From the IMG/VR virus record IMGVR_UViG_3300020392_000004: a DNA stretch of 64,000 nucleotides; one strand, 5' to 3'. The stretch comes from a virus. Both the position numbers and the translations under genes were made by a program. The notes under the pieces were generated by a model that was not told the origin of the DNA, did no database searches, and worked only from the letters and a program-made list of their open reading frames with translations. Positions 1-9,229 of this stretch are shown here, piece after piece; positions within the stretch are counted from its first letter, which is position 1, and each line of letters opens with the position of its first letter.

Positions 1-881
1 TGAACTTCGTGGGGATACATTACACCCACTGGGGTTGAAACTGGATTATTCAGACCCTCCGCGGTCAGACCCCAAACAAGAATCTTACCCTGAATATTTG
101 AATTAGATAAATCGGCTGCTGATATTCTGTCAAAATCATTCCAATATGAAATCATAACATCAGCAGTCGGAGTTGTTTCTATAGGTGGATTCCTTCCTAT
201 ACGAATCCACTCTATTCCAACTTCGGGAGTCACTCTAGTTTGATAATTCTTTTGGTCAAACATTGCACGCATAACCTCTAGTGCAACCGAAGGATATACA
301 ACTTCATTTGCAGAAACTATCAAAGGTGCAGAACGAACAGTCCCGTCAAAGTTTGGAGTTCCGCTTACAGCTGGTGTGGTGACCGTCACACCAACTCCAT
401 ATGTGTTTTGTTTCAGGATATCAACTGGACTTGCAATACCCGAGAAGTTCCATATGTGTTCTGATATATCTCCACCTCCAAATACAGATGTCCTGACATA
501 TGGTGCAGAACCAGTATCTTTTTGAATTGTAGGTGCAGCTGAAAGTATTGTTAAACGATTTACTAATCCTTCTGCAAATGACTCGTCACCCTGAAACCTA
601 TCAGGTTCTTTGAATAATTGTGTGAATACATGTGTATTAGAATAATGAGTTTCAAAAAGTATATCTGAATATATGTTTCTAGGCCAAGGATATTGACCAT
701 ATTTTTCTAGAGATTTTTCGTCTATATCAACAAGAACTATATTGTCTACTTGTTCTATTTCGTGTTGTTGGTGTAGAAAGTCAAACCATGACCATGTGAT
801 ATTTTCTACTAGATATGGATTCCAAACTTTAAGACCGAAGAGCAACCCTATAGTCACTAGGACTGTCTTCCAAGAATACAT
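1..881 (-). CDS. CHASE2-domain membrane sensor protein (5' part; runs off the window; probably adenylate/guanylate cyclase-type)
   Basis: Not in the ORF track. Hand translation from ATG at 881 (TAATG overlap with the upstream stop): MYSWKTVLVTIGLLFGLKVWNPYLVE...IVLVDIDEKSLEKYGQYPWPR...DGTVRSAPL...YPSVALE...GKILVWG...TPVGVMYPHEVQ, matching CHASE2 signature motifs. The output domain lies outside the window. Confidence 0.85.
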   Translation of the reverse strand, partial: MYSWKTVLVTIGLLFGLKVWNPYLVENITWSWFDFLHQQHEIEQVDNIVLVDIDEKSLEKYGQYPWPRNIYSDILFETHYSNTHVFTQLFKEPDRFQGDESFAEGLVNRLTILSAAPTIQKDTGSAPYVRTSVFGGGDISEHIWNFSGIASPVDILKQNTYGVGVTVTTPAVSGTPNFDGTVRSAPLIVSANEVVYPSVALEVMRAMFDQKNYQTRVTPEVGIEWIRIGRNPPIETTPTADVMISYWNDFDRISAADLSNSNIQGKILVWGLTAEGLNNPVSTPVGVMYPHEV

Positions 882-1603
882 TAGTTCCCTTGAGATACAC
901 TAACTGAACAACCACCAACTGTATAACAATTTTGAGTTATACTATATGATTTATTATTCCAACCATTTTGATATACAGTGATATCAGTTGGTTGTGTTCC
1001 ATTTAGTATGACACTCATATAATGGTCGCCTGAATTTGTTTGTCGAAGGTCGACTTCATTGTTGTCGTTATAGATATCTAAATTAATATATTGACTTCCA
1101 CCTTCTCTTTGAACTGTGTAGATATCGTTATTATCTCCTTCTAGGTGCAACCAATATTGGTGGCCAGAAGAAGAACTGTTTGTTCTTTGTGTCATAAGAA
1201 CATCATTATAATCACCTGTAATGTTTATGTGTGCAAATGTATTTCCGTATTCTGAATTATCTATAGTAAAGTTTCCGTTAGTTCCAACTTGATATCCTTG
1301 ACCAAGTTTTAAAGTATTTCCGTCTCCCCAAACTCTACGAAGTTCTATGATATTTTGACCTGTTCCATTACCTCTATCTCTAGCTTGTTTTATAATAACA
1401 GTATTGTCGATACCGTCTATTCCTTCTGAAGCAGTCCACTGTTTAACAACATTACGGTATCCTATTTGAGTTATATCGAGTTCGAAGTTATTACCTTCTT
1501 GTTTGATTGTTATTTCGTTGTCGTCTGCGAAAACCATAGGGAGTGACAATGTCACTCCCGTTATAATTCCTAATATTAATAATAATCTTTTTAAAATATC
1601 CAT
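881..1603 (-). CDS. Secreted curlin-like beta-repeat protein (CsgA/CsgB-like)
   Basis: Signal peptide (...PMVFA|DDNEI); Q-x-G-x-x-N and GDxN repeats with alternating hydrophobics; lies in the csgF/csgG operon. Confidence 0.7.
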   Translation of the reverse strand: MDILKRLLLILGIITGVTLSLPMVFADDNEITIKQEGNNFELDITQIGYRNVVKQWTASEGIDGIDNTVIIKQARDRGNGTGQNIIELRRVWGDGNTLKLGQGYQVGTNGNFTIDNSEYGNTFAHINITGDYNDVLMTQRTNSSSSGHQYWLHLEGDNNDIYTVQREGGSQYINLDIYNDNNEVDLRQTNSGDHYMSVILNGTQPTDITVYQNGWNNKSYSITQNCYTVGGCSVSVSQGN

Positions 1604-1737
1604 GACAATAAAAACACAACTACAATACCTTTAACAAAGGCAAACCACATTGCTTGATACTCTGTTATTTGTAGTCTTTCTATCCACTTATAAGTCAAAT
1701 CTTCATGCCAGTCCCAAATTTTTCTTAATAAGTCCAT
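1591..1737 (-). CDS. Small membrane protein, 48 aa
   Basis: Hand translation MDLLRKIWDWHEDLTYKWIERLQITEYQAMWFAFVKGIVVVFLLSWIF; AGGAGA RBS; C-terminal TM helix. Confidence 0.7.
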   Translation of the reverse strand: MDLLRKIWDWHEDLTYKWIERLQITEYQAMWFAFVKGIVVVFLLSWIF

Positions 1738-1760
1738 ATATTTCTCCTGTAAATAAGTAT

Positions 1761-2915
1761 TTAGTTAGATTGATTAATGAAGATTTGTATTGCGGGGTCT
1801 CCATTCCCAAATTCAATGATACCTTCATATCCTTCAACTCTAGTATCTATGAATCCTGAATTACCATTTTGTATGATAATCTCAATGACTCCATTTACTT
1901 CTCTAAAGAATACTAAATTCCCGTCTTCCTCAAATACATTATATTGTGAATCTTTGTTGAATCCAAAGATTGCACCCTGTAAATTTACTCCTCCAGTTGT
2001 TGCCTGTTTATCTGCAAGAGAAGCTGTTGTCCTAGTTAATTCTTCCACAACATCTAAAACATCTGTTAAGAAGTCTACATCTAAAAAATCTATATCTAAT
2101 CTACTACCCCTTGCATCATAATCGGGGTCATTTGCATAGTCGTCATAGTCTTTTTCTAGTTCATTGAACTCTAAAAAGTCCACATCTAACACCCCTTGGT
2201 CATCATTCATATCTTCTCTAGCCTGCTCTTCTACGGCCTCCTGAACCTCCGTAGGCGGTGCTACAATGAACATATTGTCTATCATAGAGGTTGTTAGGTT
2301 GTTGATTACTACTGACCCTGTAGGTGGTGTTTCTATGGTTGACACCATGGTTGCCTGATACGCTTGATTGAGAGTGACACTTCCACCCTCATTTGATACA
2401 ACTATCTCTCCCGAAGGTGTGACTCCGTCTTCATCAGGAAGCAGAATTACCAATGTTCTTCCGAGTTCGTCTATAGTTGTTGTAAAATCTGTGCCGTTGA
2501 TAGCAATTTGTGCTGTTGGTGTGCTGATATCTATATTTGCTTTCTTTATTTTTTGACCTTGGCCCGAAGCAAAACGGGCGGTTCCTTGAACCATTCTCAA
2601 GGACATTTTTGATAGTGAAGGATTTGGGTCGTAATAGACCTCGTCTATAAAAACTAATGTGTGTTCTATTAAGTCTAGGAATTCTTTGTCAAGGAATTGT
2701 ATTTTCATTCTTCCATTGACTGTTTCAGCAGAGTCGTATAACTCTACACCATATCCAACTGAATGTGGTATGGTTTCATTGTTTCGAACTATCTGTCCGA
2801 TACCTGTGGATTCAACGATGTCTCCAATGGGGTCAGCAAACCCGACCCCACTGATGAACAATAAAAAACTAACTATCGTTAGCTGCGTCTTTCTGATTGA
2901 TTTGAATAACTGCAT
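1761..2915 (-). CDS. Secreted/periplasmic FecR-domain protein
   Basis: Signal peptide, then FecR-like motifs (ETVNGRMKIQFLD, LRMVQGTARF, ISTPTAQIAINGTDF); acidic C-terminal half. Confidence 0.8.
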   Translation of the reverse strand: MQLFKSIRKTQLTIVSFLLFISGVGFADPIGDIVESTGIGQIVRNNETIPHSVGYGVELYDSAETVNGRMKIQFLDKEFLDLIEHTLVFIDEVYYDPNPSLSKMSLRMVQGTARFASGQGQKIKKANIDISTPTAQIAINGTDFTTTIDELGRTLVILLPDEDGVTPSGEIVVSNEGGSVTLNQAYQATMVSTIETPPTGSVVINNLTTSMIDNMFIVAPPTEVQEAVEEQAREDMNDDQGVLDVDFLEFNELEKDYDDYANDPDYDARGSRLDIDFLDVDFLTDVLDVVEELTRTTASLADKQATTGGVNLQGAIFGFNKDSQYNVFEEDGNLVFFREVNGVIEIIIQNGNSGFIDTRVEGYEGIIEFGNGDPAIQIFINQSN

Positions 2916-3609
2916 TATCACTTTCTATATCTAATACAATAGTTGCATCAGGTGAGGAACAAGTATTACCTGCTCCACTCACACATGTTCCTGATAACTG
3001 GTTGATATCTACATCTGCACTATCTCCAACCAAAGTGAAGTCCAATGTTTGTTCTCCATCTTTTTGAAGTGTGTTAATGTTATTAGAATCACCTGTTATT
3101 TCAAAGTCCCATGTCAAATCATCTGATTCCCAATCAACATCAAAAATGTTTGAGCTTCCGATTAATATTAAGTCGGCATTTAATCTTTCAGCTGATAAAG
3201 CATAACCTTGGTCTAGGTCAAACTGGTTGCTTGAACCTGTGACATCAAAGTTAATGTTTGAATCATCTGTGCTACCTATATAACCGATATTCCAATCTAT
3301 CTTGTTTGAGTCTCCAGTAAAATCTAATTTATAATAACTATCATCAGATATGACTGGCCCAAATAAAATATTTGAATTACCTGCGAAATCTAAATCAAAT
3401 TCTAAACCTGAACCAGTGATTGTCATTGCTGACAGTGAACCACCACTTGCATCATCTCCACCGACTTTGTTTCCAAAACCGATTTGGTCGATGTAAAGTT
3501 TTAGTGTATCACCTTCTTGTGTGATTTTGATTTCGTTATCATCAGTGGCTTGTGCGAAAAGATTTGTCGACAGTAATGCAATTACGCATAAACTAATTAA
3601 TTTATTCAT
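2869..3609 (-). CDS. Secreted curlin-like beta-repeat protein
   Basis: Signal peptide (...NLFA|QATDDNEI); about 23-aa G-[DS]-S-N repeats; N-terminus paralogous to 881-1603 (DDNEI.I.QEG....L.I.QIG..N). Confidence 0.7.
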   Translation of the reverse strand: MNKLISLCVIALLSTNLFAQATDDNEIKITQEGDTLKLYIDQIGFGNKVGGDDASGGSLSAMTITGSGLEFDLDFAGNSNILFGPVISDDSYYKLDFTGDSNKIDWNIGYIGSTDDSNINFDVTGSSNQFDLDQGYALSAERLNADLILIGSSNIFDVDWESDDLTWDFEITGDSNNINTLQKDGEQTLDFTLVGDSADVDINQLSGTCVSGAGNTCSSPDATIVLDIESDNAVIQINQKDAANDS

Positions 3610-4495
3610 TTTCGTTATACCCCTCTATTTCCCAAAAACCTCTATCGTGTCCTTGGTATACTAATTCCAACACTGCAGCTTCAATTGCTGACCGTGTTGC
3701 ATATGTCACTGATTCATTATTACCCACTCCGTCCTCGATTTCTACGAGTTGAGTTCCTTCTTCGATGAATCTAAAAACATCGCCTCCTGAACCATAACTC
3801 AAAATAGTCTTTCGAGATTGGACATTCAATAAAACTTCTCCAGTAAGAACTGATACAGCTCTCATGGAAACTGTGACAGCGTCTTGTCGATACTGTCTAC
3901 TAAAACCAATACCTAGGGTTCGTGCGCCTCGTCCCCCAGTCTTGATATTAGAATCATAACCAATCAAACCACCCTCTATAATAATTCCTGCGAAGAGCAG
4001 TGGCTGAATTCCTTCATCGTCCTGTTCCATTTTCTTTGCATAATCTGACCTTGCAGAACGAATGATTTGTCTTTCACGGACTAAATGGTCTATACCGTTT
4101 CTTTCAACGACTCTGAACCATGTCCCACCTCCAGCAGTCTTTAGTGCGTCTATAACCATTTCTGTTGCACCTTGGGTGACTGCTGTAGAGAAACTTGCAA
4201 TGTTGGTCACTGACTTTCTCTGTCCTGTTTTGTCCATAAAATTATAGACTGCAACTATAGGTTTTTCTTTTGCTGGTGGTAAATTTAATAATTCAACATA
4301 GGCTGGTAGGCTTACAACTTCGGGATTTTCGACACAAATATATTTCCTCGATAGTTGTTTCTTAACTGCACTGTAGACATCTTTCTTGATTCCTTCGTCC
4401 CAACGACTACAGTCCTGTGGTTTTTCAGACCACTGCGGAAAACTTGCACAACCTGACAATGCAATAACCATTGCAAGTAAACCTACTCTTAACAT
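3602..4495 (-). CDS. csgG: Curli secretion channel CsgG-like lipoprotein
   Basis: Lipobox LSGC; AVYNFMDKTGQRK, FSTAVTQG, WFRVVER, L.RERQIIR, EGGLIGYDSN, TGEVL motifs of CsgG. Confidence 0.9.
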   Translation of the reverse strand: MLRVGLLAMVIALSGCASFPQWSEKPQDCSRWDEGIKKDVYSAVKKQLSRKYICVENPEVVSLPAYVELLNLPPAKEKPIVAVYNFMDKTGQRKSVTNIASFSTAVTQGATEMVIDALKTAGGGTWFRVVERNGIDHLVRERQIIRSARSDYAKKMEQDDEGIQPLLFAGIIIEGGLIGYDSNIKTGGRGARTLGIGFSRQYRQDAVTVSMRAVSVLTGEVLLNVQSRKTILSYGSGGDVFRFIEEGTQLVEIEDGVGNNESVTYATRSAIEAAVLELVYQGHDRGFWEIEGYNENE

Positions 4496-4989
4496 TAACC
4501 GCCTCCTGTATCAGGGTCTTGACCAAAGTTTCCAGTTCCTACTGGAATCTCTACTATGGTTTCAGAACCGTCCTCTGCTATAATTGTTAACCTAATAAAC
4601 TCTGCACCTGATTCGTCTGTAATAACTTCCCATGTAATAGTATTACCTTCTAGTATGAAGGAACCAAAACCTACAGGATTATCGTTTGCAAACATAGATT
4701 CAACTAATTGTTTTGCAAATTGAGCATAGATTCGCGATTCTAAATTCCTGATAAATTTAGCAAGCGTGGTGTTATCTGCCTCTCTTTCTGCAGCTTTTCT
4801 CGCTGCCTCCAGTGCATCTTCGATTGATTTTTTTCTGCTATGTTCTTGGTTCTCAATCGTAAGATAATGTGCGCCTGTCCCTATTCCACTAAAGCTAGGG
4901 TTCTTAAACTTATGAACTATTTCGTCTGATATTACTGGACTTGATAATCCCAGTAATATTATAAATGTTAAAATATTATTTCTCTTCAT
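4495..4989 (-). CDS. csgF: Curli assembly protein CsgF-like
   Basis: Signal peptide then EIVHKFKNPSFSG (CsgF N-terminal F.NP.FGG-like motif), F..NLESRI, C-terminal T.VEIP; directly upstream of csgG. Confidence 0.8.
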   Translation of the reverse strand: MKRNNILTFIILLGLSSPVISDEIVHKFKNPSFSGIGTGAHYLTIENQEHSRKKSIEDALEAARKAAEREADNTTLAKFIRNLESRIYAQFAKQLVESMFANDNPVGFGSFILEGNTITWEVITDESGAEFIRLTIIAEDGSETIVEIPVGTGNFGQDPDTGGG

Positions 4990-5272
4990 TCTTTTCCTCT
5001 AAAGCTTTCTTCTCTTCTGCGTCTTCTAATAATTCCTCTTTTTCACGATATTCTAATACCGTGTTCACTTTCGACTGTAATCTAATTAAGTCGTTGTCTA
5101 ACATTCTGATTTGGTCTATGAGTCTAACTAACTCTACTTGGGATTTAGATAGTTTGGGTTTTAACTCTGTAGTTATAAACTTCCAAACGAAGTATATGAA
5201 ATAACCCATGCCCAATGCAAGAACCACGGGGAACCCGAATTCTGCAATCAGTTGAGCTAACTTGTCCATCAA
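4976..5272 (-). CDS. Small membrane protein, YvrJ/holin-like
   Basis: IAEFGFPVV TM helix followed by a coiled coil; paralogous to 5269-5562. Confidence 0.6.
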   Translation of the reverse strand: MMDKLAQLIAEFGFPVVLALGMGYFIYFVWKFITTELKPKLSKSQVELVRLIDQIRMLDNDLIRLQSKVNTVLEYREKEELLEDAEEKKALEEKNEEK

Positions 5273-5562
5273 TCTCTACGGGAATCTATCTTCTCGTCTT
5301 CAAGAAAATTCTCAGCTCTTGCAATCCTGTCTATGTCGGGTTTCAATTCTAATGCTGATGATATAAGTAAGTCTATTTTTATCATGTCATTGTTCATCAT
5401 TCGAACTCTTGACTCTAGACTTCCTATGATATTTGCTAATCCAGTGACTTGTCCAACCACTGATTCCAAGATATACTTCAAAGTTAGGAATATAAAGAAC
5501 GCCATTATCACAGCACTTCCTATAGGGATTCCGACTTCACTCAAAAATGTTAACATATTCAT
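5269..5562 (-). CDS. Small membrane protein, YvrJ/holin-like; first gene of curli-like operon
   Basis: SEVGIPI TM helix; RMMNNDMIKI resembles RMLDNDLIRL of its neighbour. Start placed downstream of the late promoter. Confidence 0.6.
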   Translation of the reverse strand: MNMLTFLSEVGIPIGSAVIMAFFIFLTLKYILESVVGQVTGLANIIGSLESRVRMMNNDMIKIDLLISSALELKPDIDRIARAENFLEDEKIDSRRD

Positions 5563-5567
5563 ACCAT

Positions 5568-5575
5568 TATTTATA
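5568..5575 (-). promoter_or_regulatory. T4-type late promoter TATAAATA for the curli-like operon
   Basis: Exact gp55 consensus just downstream of a terminator. Confidence 0.8.
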
Positions 5576-5597
5576 CTTTTGAGTTTACTGTAGGCGT

Positions 5598-5625
5598 AAA
5601 AAAACACGACCCGAAGGTCGTGTTT
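5598..5625 (-). terminator. Rho-independent terminator with C(UUCG)G loop
   Basis: Minus strand ACACGACC-TTCG-GGTCGTGT followed by a T tract. Confidence 0.9.
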
Positions 5626-5637
5626 AGTATTCTCTTG

Positions 5638-5901
5638 TTATTTTATTTGAGAATGGATTGAATTAACAACTGAAGCCTTTTTTGCAGACCTTTTAATTGA
5701 GAGATTTCTCTTATCTGCAAATTCTATTAGTTGTGCTTTTGTGAGTCTATTCAACTCTGCCTTTGAAGTAATTCCATTATCGTTTGCATCTGCAACGACT
5801 TCACTCGGAGTATCAACTACTACGGGTGAAGATGAGGTATCTCTCCAAAAGTAAACACCAACGGCTAGCAATACTAACAATCCTATCGCTAAATATTCCA
5901 T
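5638..5901 (-). CDS. Hypothetical membrane-anchored protein with Rho-N/HeH-like C-terminus
   Basis: N-terminal TM; DANDNGITSKAE EF-hand-like loop; LTKAQLIEFA...KASVVNSI helix-extension-helix pattern. Confidence 0.55.
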   Translation of the reverse strand: MEYLAIGLLVLLAVGVYFWRDTSSSPVVVDTPSEVVADANDNGITSKAELNRLTKAQLIEFADKRNLSIKRSAKKASVVNSIHSQIK

Positions 5902-5937
5902 AATATTTCCTCATAATTAATTAATTATCATAGGTAT

Positions 5938-6114
5938 TTATTTGTCCTTTGCCTTACCGATATTGAGCGCAAACCAATCAATTACTTTATAATATTTGGC
6001 TACCCACTCATCATCTTTAGGTGTAGGTGTTAAGGCTGCAACTGCTGAAGCACCCATAACTAACCACGGGACAATTTTAACCAATACTAAAATCATCTGA
6101 ATGAATTCTAACAT
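5938..6114 (-). CDS. Small membrane protein
   Basis: GGAGGAG RBS before MLEFIQ; TM segment plus ASAVAALTPTPKDD. Confidence 0.6.
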   Translation of the reverse strand: MLEFIQMILVLVKIVPWLVMGASAVAALTPTPKDDEWVAKYYKVIDWFALNIGKAKDK

Positions 6115-6161
6115 TGTATCTCCTCCCGAAACCATTTATGATTCCGTAAGGTTATTTAGGA

Positions 6162-6566
6162 CTAATTACCACCTATACTGTATTTAGTCGTCAATTTCCA
6201 GTCGTTTTTTTCCTTAAAAGGAATGATTTTGATTTGTGATAACGGTGCTTTTGGTTCCTCAATTTGTGATTTATTGACTACAGATACTAGGTTCCATTGT
6301 TCTAAAAGACCAACAATAGTGTTCCTTCTACCTATATCTGACTCGTCAATATTTGTAGGTTTACCGTCTAATTTGAATAGTTCTTTGAAATGGGTAATGT
6401 AATACTTACCCCTTTTGTGTAGTATATGACATGATTGGAAGAGTTCTTGCTCCCTTCTAGAGGCCACTCCTATGCGTGATAAGGTTTCTCTTATCTTTAA
6501 GAAATCGTCTCTTTCGGGAAATGTGACCTCGACTAGGTCTTTTACTATATCTTCTTGGTTATCCAT
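6162..6566 (-). CDS. regA: Translational repressor RegA
   Basis: DDFLKIRETLSRIGVAS, LFQSCHILHKRGKYYITHFKELF motifs; T4 synteny 45-44-62-regA. Confidence 0.95.
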   Translation of the reverse strand: MDNQEDIVKDLVEVTFPERDDFLKIRETLSRIGVASRREQELFQSCHILHKRGKYYITHFKELFKLDGKPTNIDESDIGRRNTIVGLLEQWNLVSVVNKSQIEEPKAPLSQIKIIPFKEKNDWKLTTKYSIGGN

Positions 6567-6951
6567 TATCCTTACCACCAGTTTTCATACTGTTTTTCAA
6601 TTCTCGAATCTGTTTATCAGATAAGATTTCAACATAATCTTTTGCCTCTCTAGTTGATATCTGATAATATTCCTTTACAGTATCGAGTTTTTTACTAACA
6701 TATGGCTTTTGCCATTTGGAAAATCTTTGTCTTTTCCTTAAGGTATTTAGGAAAAACATGTATTGAAGACGGTTGTCTACTCCATGTCTGACATTCATTT
6801 CGTTAGTAAGAAAAACAGAATCTTGGTGATAAGATAATGCTTTGTTAATAAGGAATGGTTGATATGCTTTCTCTTCGACCTCATCAACCATGAGGTCTTT
6901 TTTGTCGTAAGAGACCGACTTTACAAAATCAAATGGATTTCTTTTACCCAA
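6559..6951 (-). CDS. gp62: Clamp loader small subunit gp62
   Basis: YQPFLINKALS, NEMN, QYMFFLNTLRKRQRFSKW; synteny. Start (TTG at 6951) uncertain. Confidence 0.9.
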   Translation of the reverse strand: MGKRNPFDFVKSVSYDKKDLMVDEVEEKAYQPFLINKALSYHQDSVFLTNEMNVRHGVDNRLQYMFFLNTLRKRQRFSKWQKPYVSKKLDTVKEYYQISTREAKDYVEILSDKQIRELKNSMKTGGKDNG

Positions 6952-7237
6952 GTTGCTTACCCGAATCTGCAAGCTGTCTAGTGACTTCTTGGACTAAATC
7001 TGCACCTGTTTTACCTTCAACAAGGATATATTTTTTACCGTTCTTGAGAGTTCTTTCAACTCTTCCGTCCATGTATTGTATATCCATAACACCGTCTGCA
7101 ACATCTTTTACAGTATCTTCTGTTTCATACCACATAGATGGTAGACTGTGTGCATGTATCGATGTAGGTCTATTCACATAGTCTTCTGCTTTTAGTATTT
7201 GTCTTTGTAGTTCTACTTTGTCGTTATATTCTGTCAT
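6944..7237 (-). CDS. Hypothetical protein
   Basis: Translationally coupled ORF between gp44 and gp62. Confidence 0.6.
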   Translation of the reverse strand: MTEYNDKVELQRQILKAEDYVNRPTSIHAHSLPSMWYETEDTVKDVADGVMDIQYMDGRVERTLKNGKKYILVEGKTGADLVQEVTRQLADSGKQLG

Positions 7238-7506
7238 AATAAATTATATCTGCACTCCAATTCAAATTTTGCTTTTTCCCAATATAGAGAACCTTCGTCA
7301 AAATTATCCAAGACCCAACTCAAATAATATTCAGGCAAGTCCATCAGTTTATATTTTCCACAATATTTACCTTTACACTCCCAAACTTCGTTTCTCCACT
7401 TTGTTCTGATTTCTTCATGAGTATATTGATTTTCAATATCATTACTGTAATCTTTATTGTAATGATTTACATTTCTGTTATGTTTTTCGTGATTGATTTT
7501 ACCCAT
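7234..7506 (-). CDS. Hypothetical protein, DUF3820-like motif
   Basis: GKYCGKYKLMDLPEYYLSW resembles the FGKYKG..l.dlP..YL.W motif. Confidence 0.55.
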   Translation of the reverse strand: MGKINHEKHNRNVNHYNKDYSNDIENQYTHEEIRTKWRNEVWECKGKYCGKYKLMDLPEYYLSWVLDNFDEGSLYWEKAKFELECRYNLL

Positions 7507-8446
7507 CTTTAAATTTACACTCTGACATAATCTCTGTCATACATGCAGTAAAATTAATTTCAGAATCCATTGCAAATGCAGCTTTGTATTGATAATCTGC
7601 AATAAACAAAACTGCAGCTGGAATACTGGAAGGTTCTAGTCTTTTCTCAAGTGCATTAAACACTTTTCTATATAGGGCATTGAAATCATTATCAGAGTTC
7701 TGACCGACCCATTTTCTCATTCCACCCCAGTTTTTGTTTGCCAACATATCAATCAAGGGTGTAAGTTTCTCTTCTGATAGTGTAGATAATAACCCACTAT
7801 CAATTACACCACTTGCACCATATCTTTGAACTTCATTGATACACCTTCTGAAATCGGGAAAGAACTTGATAACTAATTCAACTAGAACCTTTTGGTCATA
7901 CTTGATACTTTCCTTATCACATATCTCCATAAGTCTTGCAAGGAAAACCGAGGCAAGTCTTTGTTTTTCATTTGGTGTCATTGTAAAGTCAATGACAGTT
8001 GTTCTTGAATGTAAAGGTGGTATGATTCTATTCTTGTAATTACATGTGAATATAAATCTACAGTTTGAAGAGAACTCTTCGATAAAGTTTCTCAAAGCTG
8101 GTTGAACAGAGTCAGCTGAAATATAATCTGCCTCGTCTAGGATTACAACCTTTGGTGCGTCTGATAATGAAACAGTGGACGCAAAGTTTTTGATTTTAGT
8201 TCTCAAAGTATCAATCAATCTTCCTTCGTCTGAACCATTGATTACAATAAAGTCTGCACCCAGTTCATTACATAGTGCTTTTGCAATCGTAGTCTTACCA
8301 ACACCAGCAGAACCACACAACATGAGATTAGGAATCTCACCTTGTTTTACAAATTCTTCAAATGTTGATTTTAGTCCAGCAGGAAGTATCGTGTCCTCAA
8401 TTGTTTGAGGACGATACTTTTCTACAAATAGAAATTCTTGATTCAT
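7499..8446 (-). CDS. gp44: Clamp loader large subunit gp44
   Basis: VEKYRP, Walker A GSAGVGKT, ILDEAD, LHSR, FPDFRR. Confidence 0.97.
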   Translation of the reverse strand: MNQEFLFVEKYRPQTIEDTILPAGLKSTFEEFVKQGEIPNLMLCGSAGVGKTTIAKALCNELGADFIVINGSDEGRLIDTLRTKIKNFASTVSLSDAPKVVILDEADYISADSVQPALRNFIEEFSSNCRFIFTCNYKNRIIPPLHSRTTVIDFTMTPNEKQRLASVFLARLMEICDKESIKYDQKVLVELVIKFFPDFRRCINEVQRYGASGVIDSGLLSTLSEEKLTPLIDMLANKNWGGMRKWVGQNSDNDFNALYRKVFNALEKRLEPSSIPAAVLFIADYQYKAAFAMDSEINFTACMTEIMSECKFKDG

Positions 8447-8560
8447 AAGAGTAAACCCCCCGCCGAGTTTACAGTGTTATTCACCCTTGAAGATTGATGA
8501 GATTGAATAACTCCCGTATGCATTGCAGAGACTGGCACAATACTTACACTAATATATAGG

Positions 8561-9229
8561 TTAGGCATTGTATTTTGAATCTGGCTCTAATGCAATAAAA
8601 TACTCCAAATCAATATCTGTATTGTTGAAGTGTGAAATACCTTTACTTGACACAGAAACCTCATAATTTCCGTCAAGGACTTTCAAGTTTTCAATCTTGA
8701 AGTTCATTGTATAAGATACTCCGTTTCCTTCACCCACGATTCTTGAGAATGTGTTTGAAGTAGGATTCTTTTTATCAGTCACTTCCAGTCTGATAACTGT
8801 TCCGTCACTGGATAACACCATGTCGTTTACTCCTAACACACTTGCAGCTTTCTGTAGTTCACTTAAGAGTGAAGAAGAAAGATTAATTACAATCTCTGCG
8901 TCAGGCATGGTTATCATTTTATCGGGTGCTGTGACCATTCCTTCACTTGCATAGAAATATGCAAGACTTGAGTTATCATCTGCAACCGTCAAACTTGTAT
9001 CTCCGAATTCAAATTCGGGGTCTGACAACAATGAAGTTGCACCCAAGAATTCAGGCAAGTTGTATATACTAAAATCTTGAGGGAACGATTCGTTTACCGT
9101 TGCCACTGCAAGAATGTTTTTCATATTTGAAATGGTCTCAAGTTTGTTCCCACTCTTAACTCTTATACCCGAGTTAATAGTAGAAAAGTTTTTAAGAACA
9201 CTCCTCGTATCATTACTAATTTTCATCAC
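8561..9229 (-). CDS. gp45: Sliding clamp gp45
   Basis: LKNFSTINSGI, FSIYNLPEFL, YFIALEPDS; synteny. Confidence 0.95.
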   Translation of the reverse strand: MMKISNDTRSVLKNFSTINSGIRVKSGNKLETISNMKNILAVATVNESFPQDFSIYNLPEFLGATSLLSDPEFEFGDTSLTVADDNSSLAYFYASEGMVTAPDKMITMPDAEIVINLSSSLLSELQKAASVLGVNDMVLSSDGTVIRLEVTDKKNPTSNTFSRIVGEGNGVSYTMNFKIENLKVLDGNYEVSVSSKGISHFNNTDIDLEYFIALEPDSKYNA

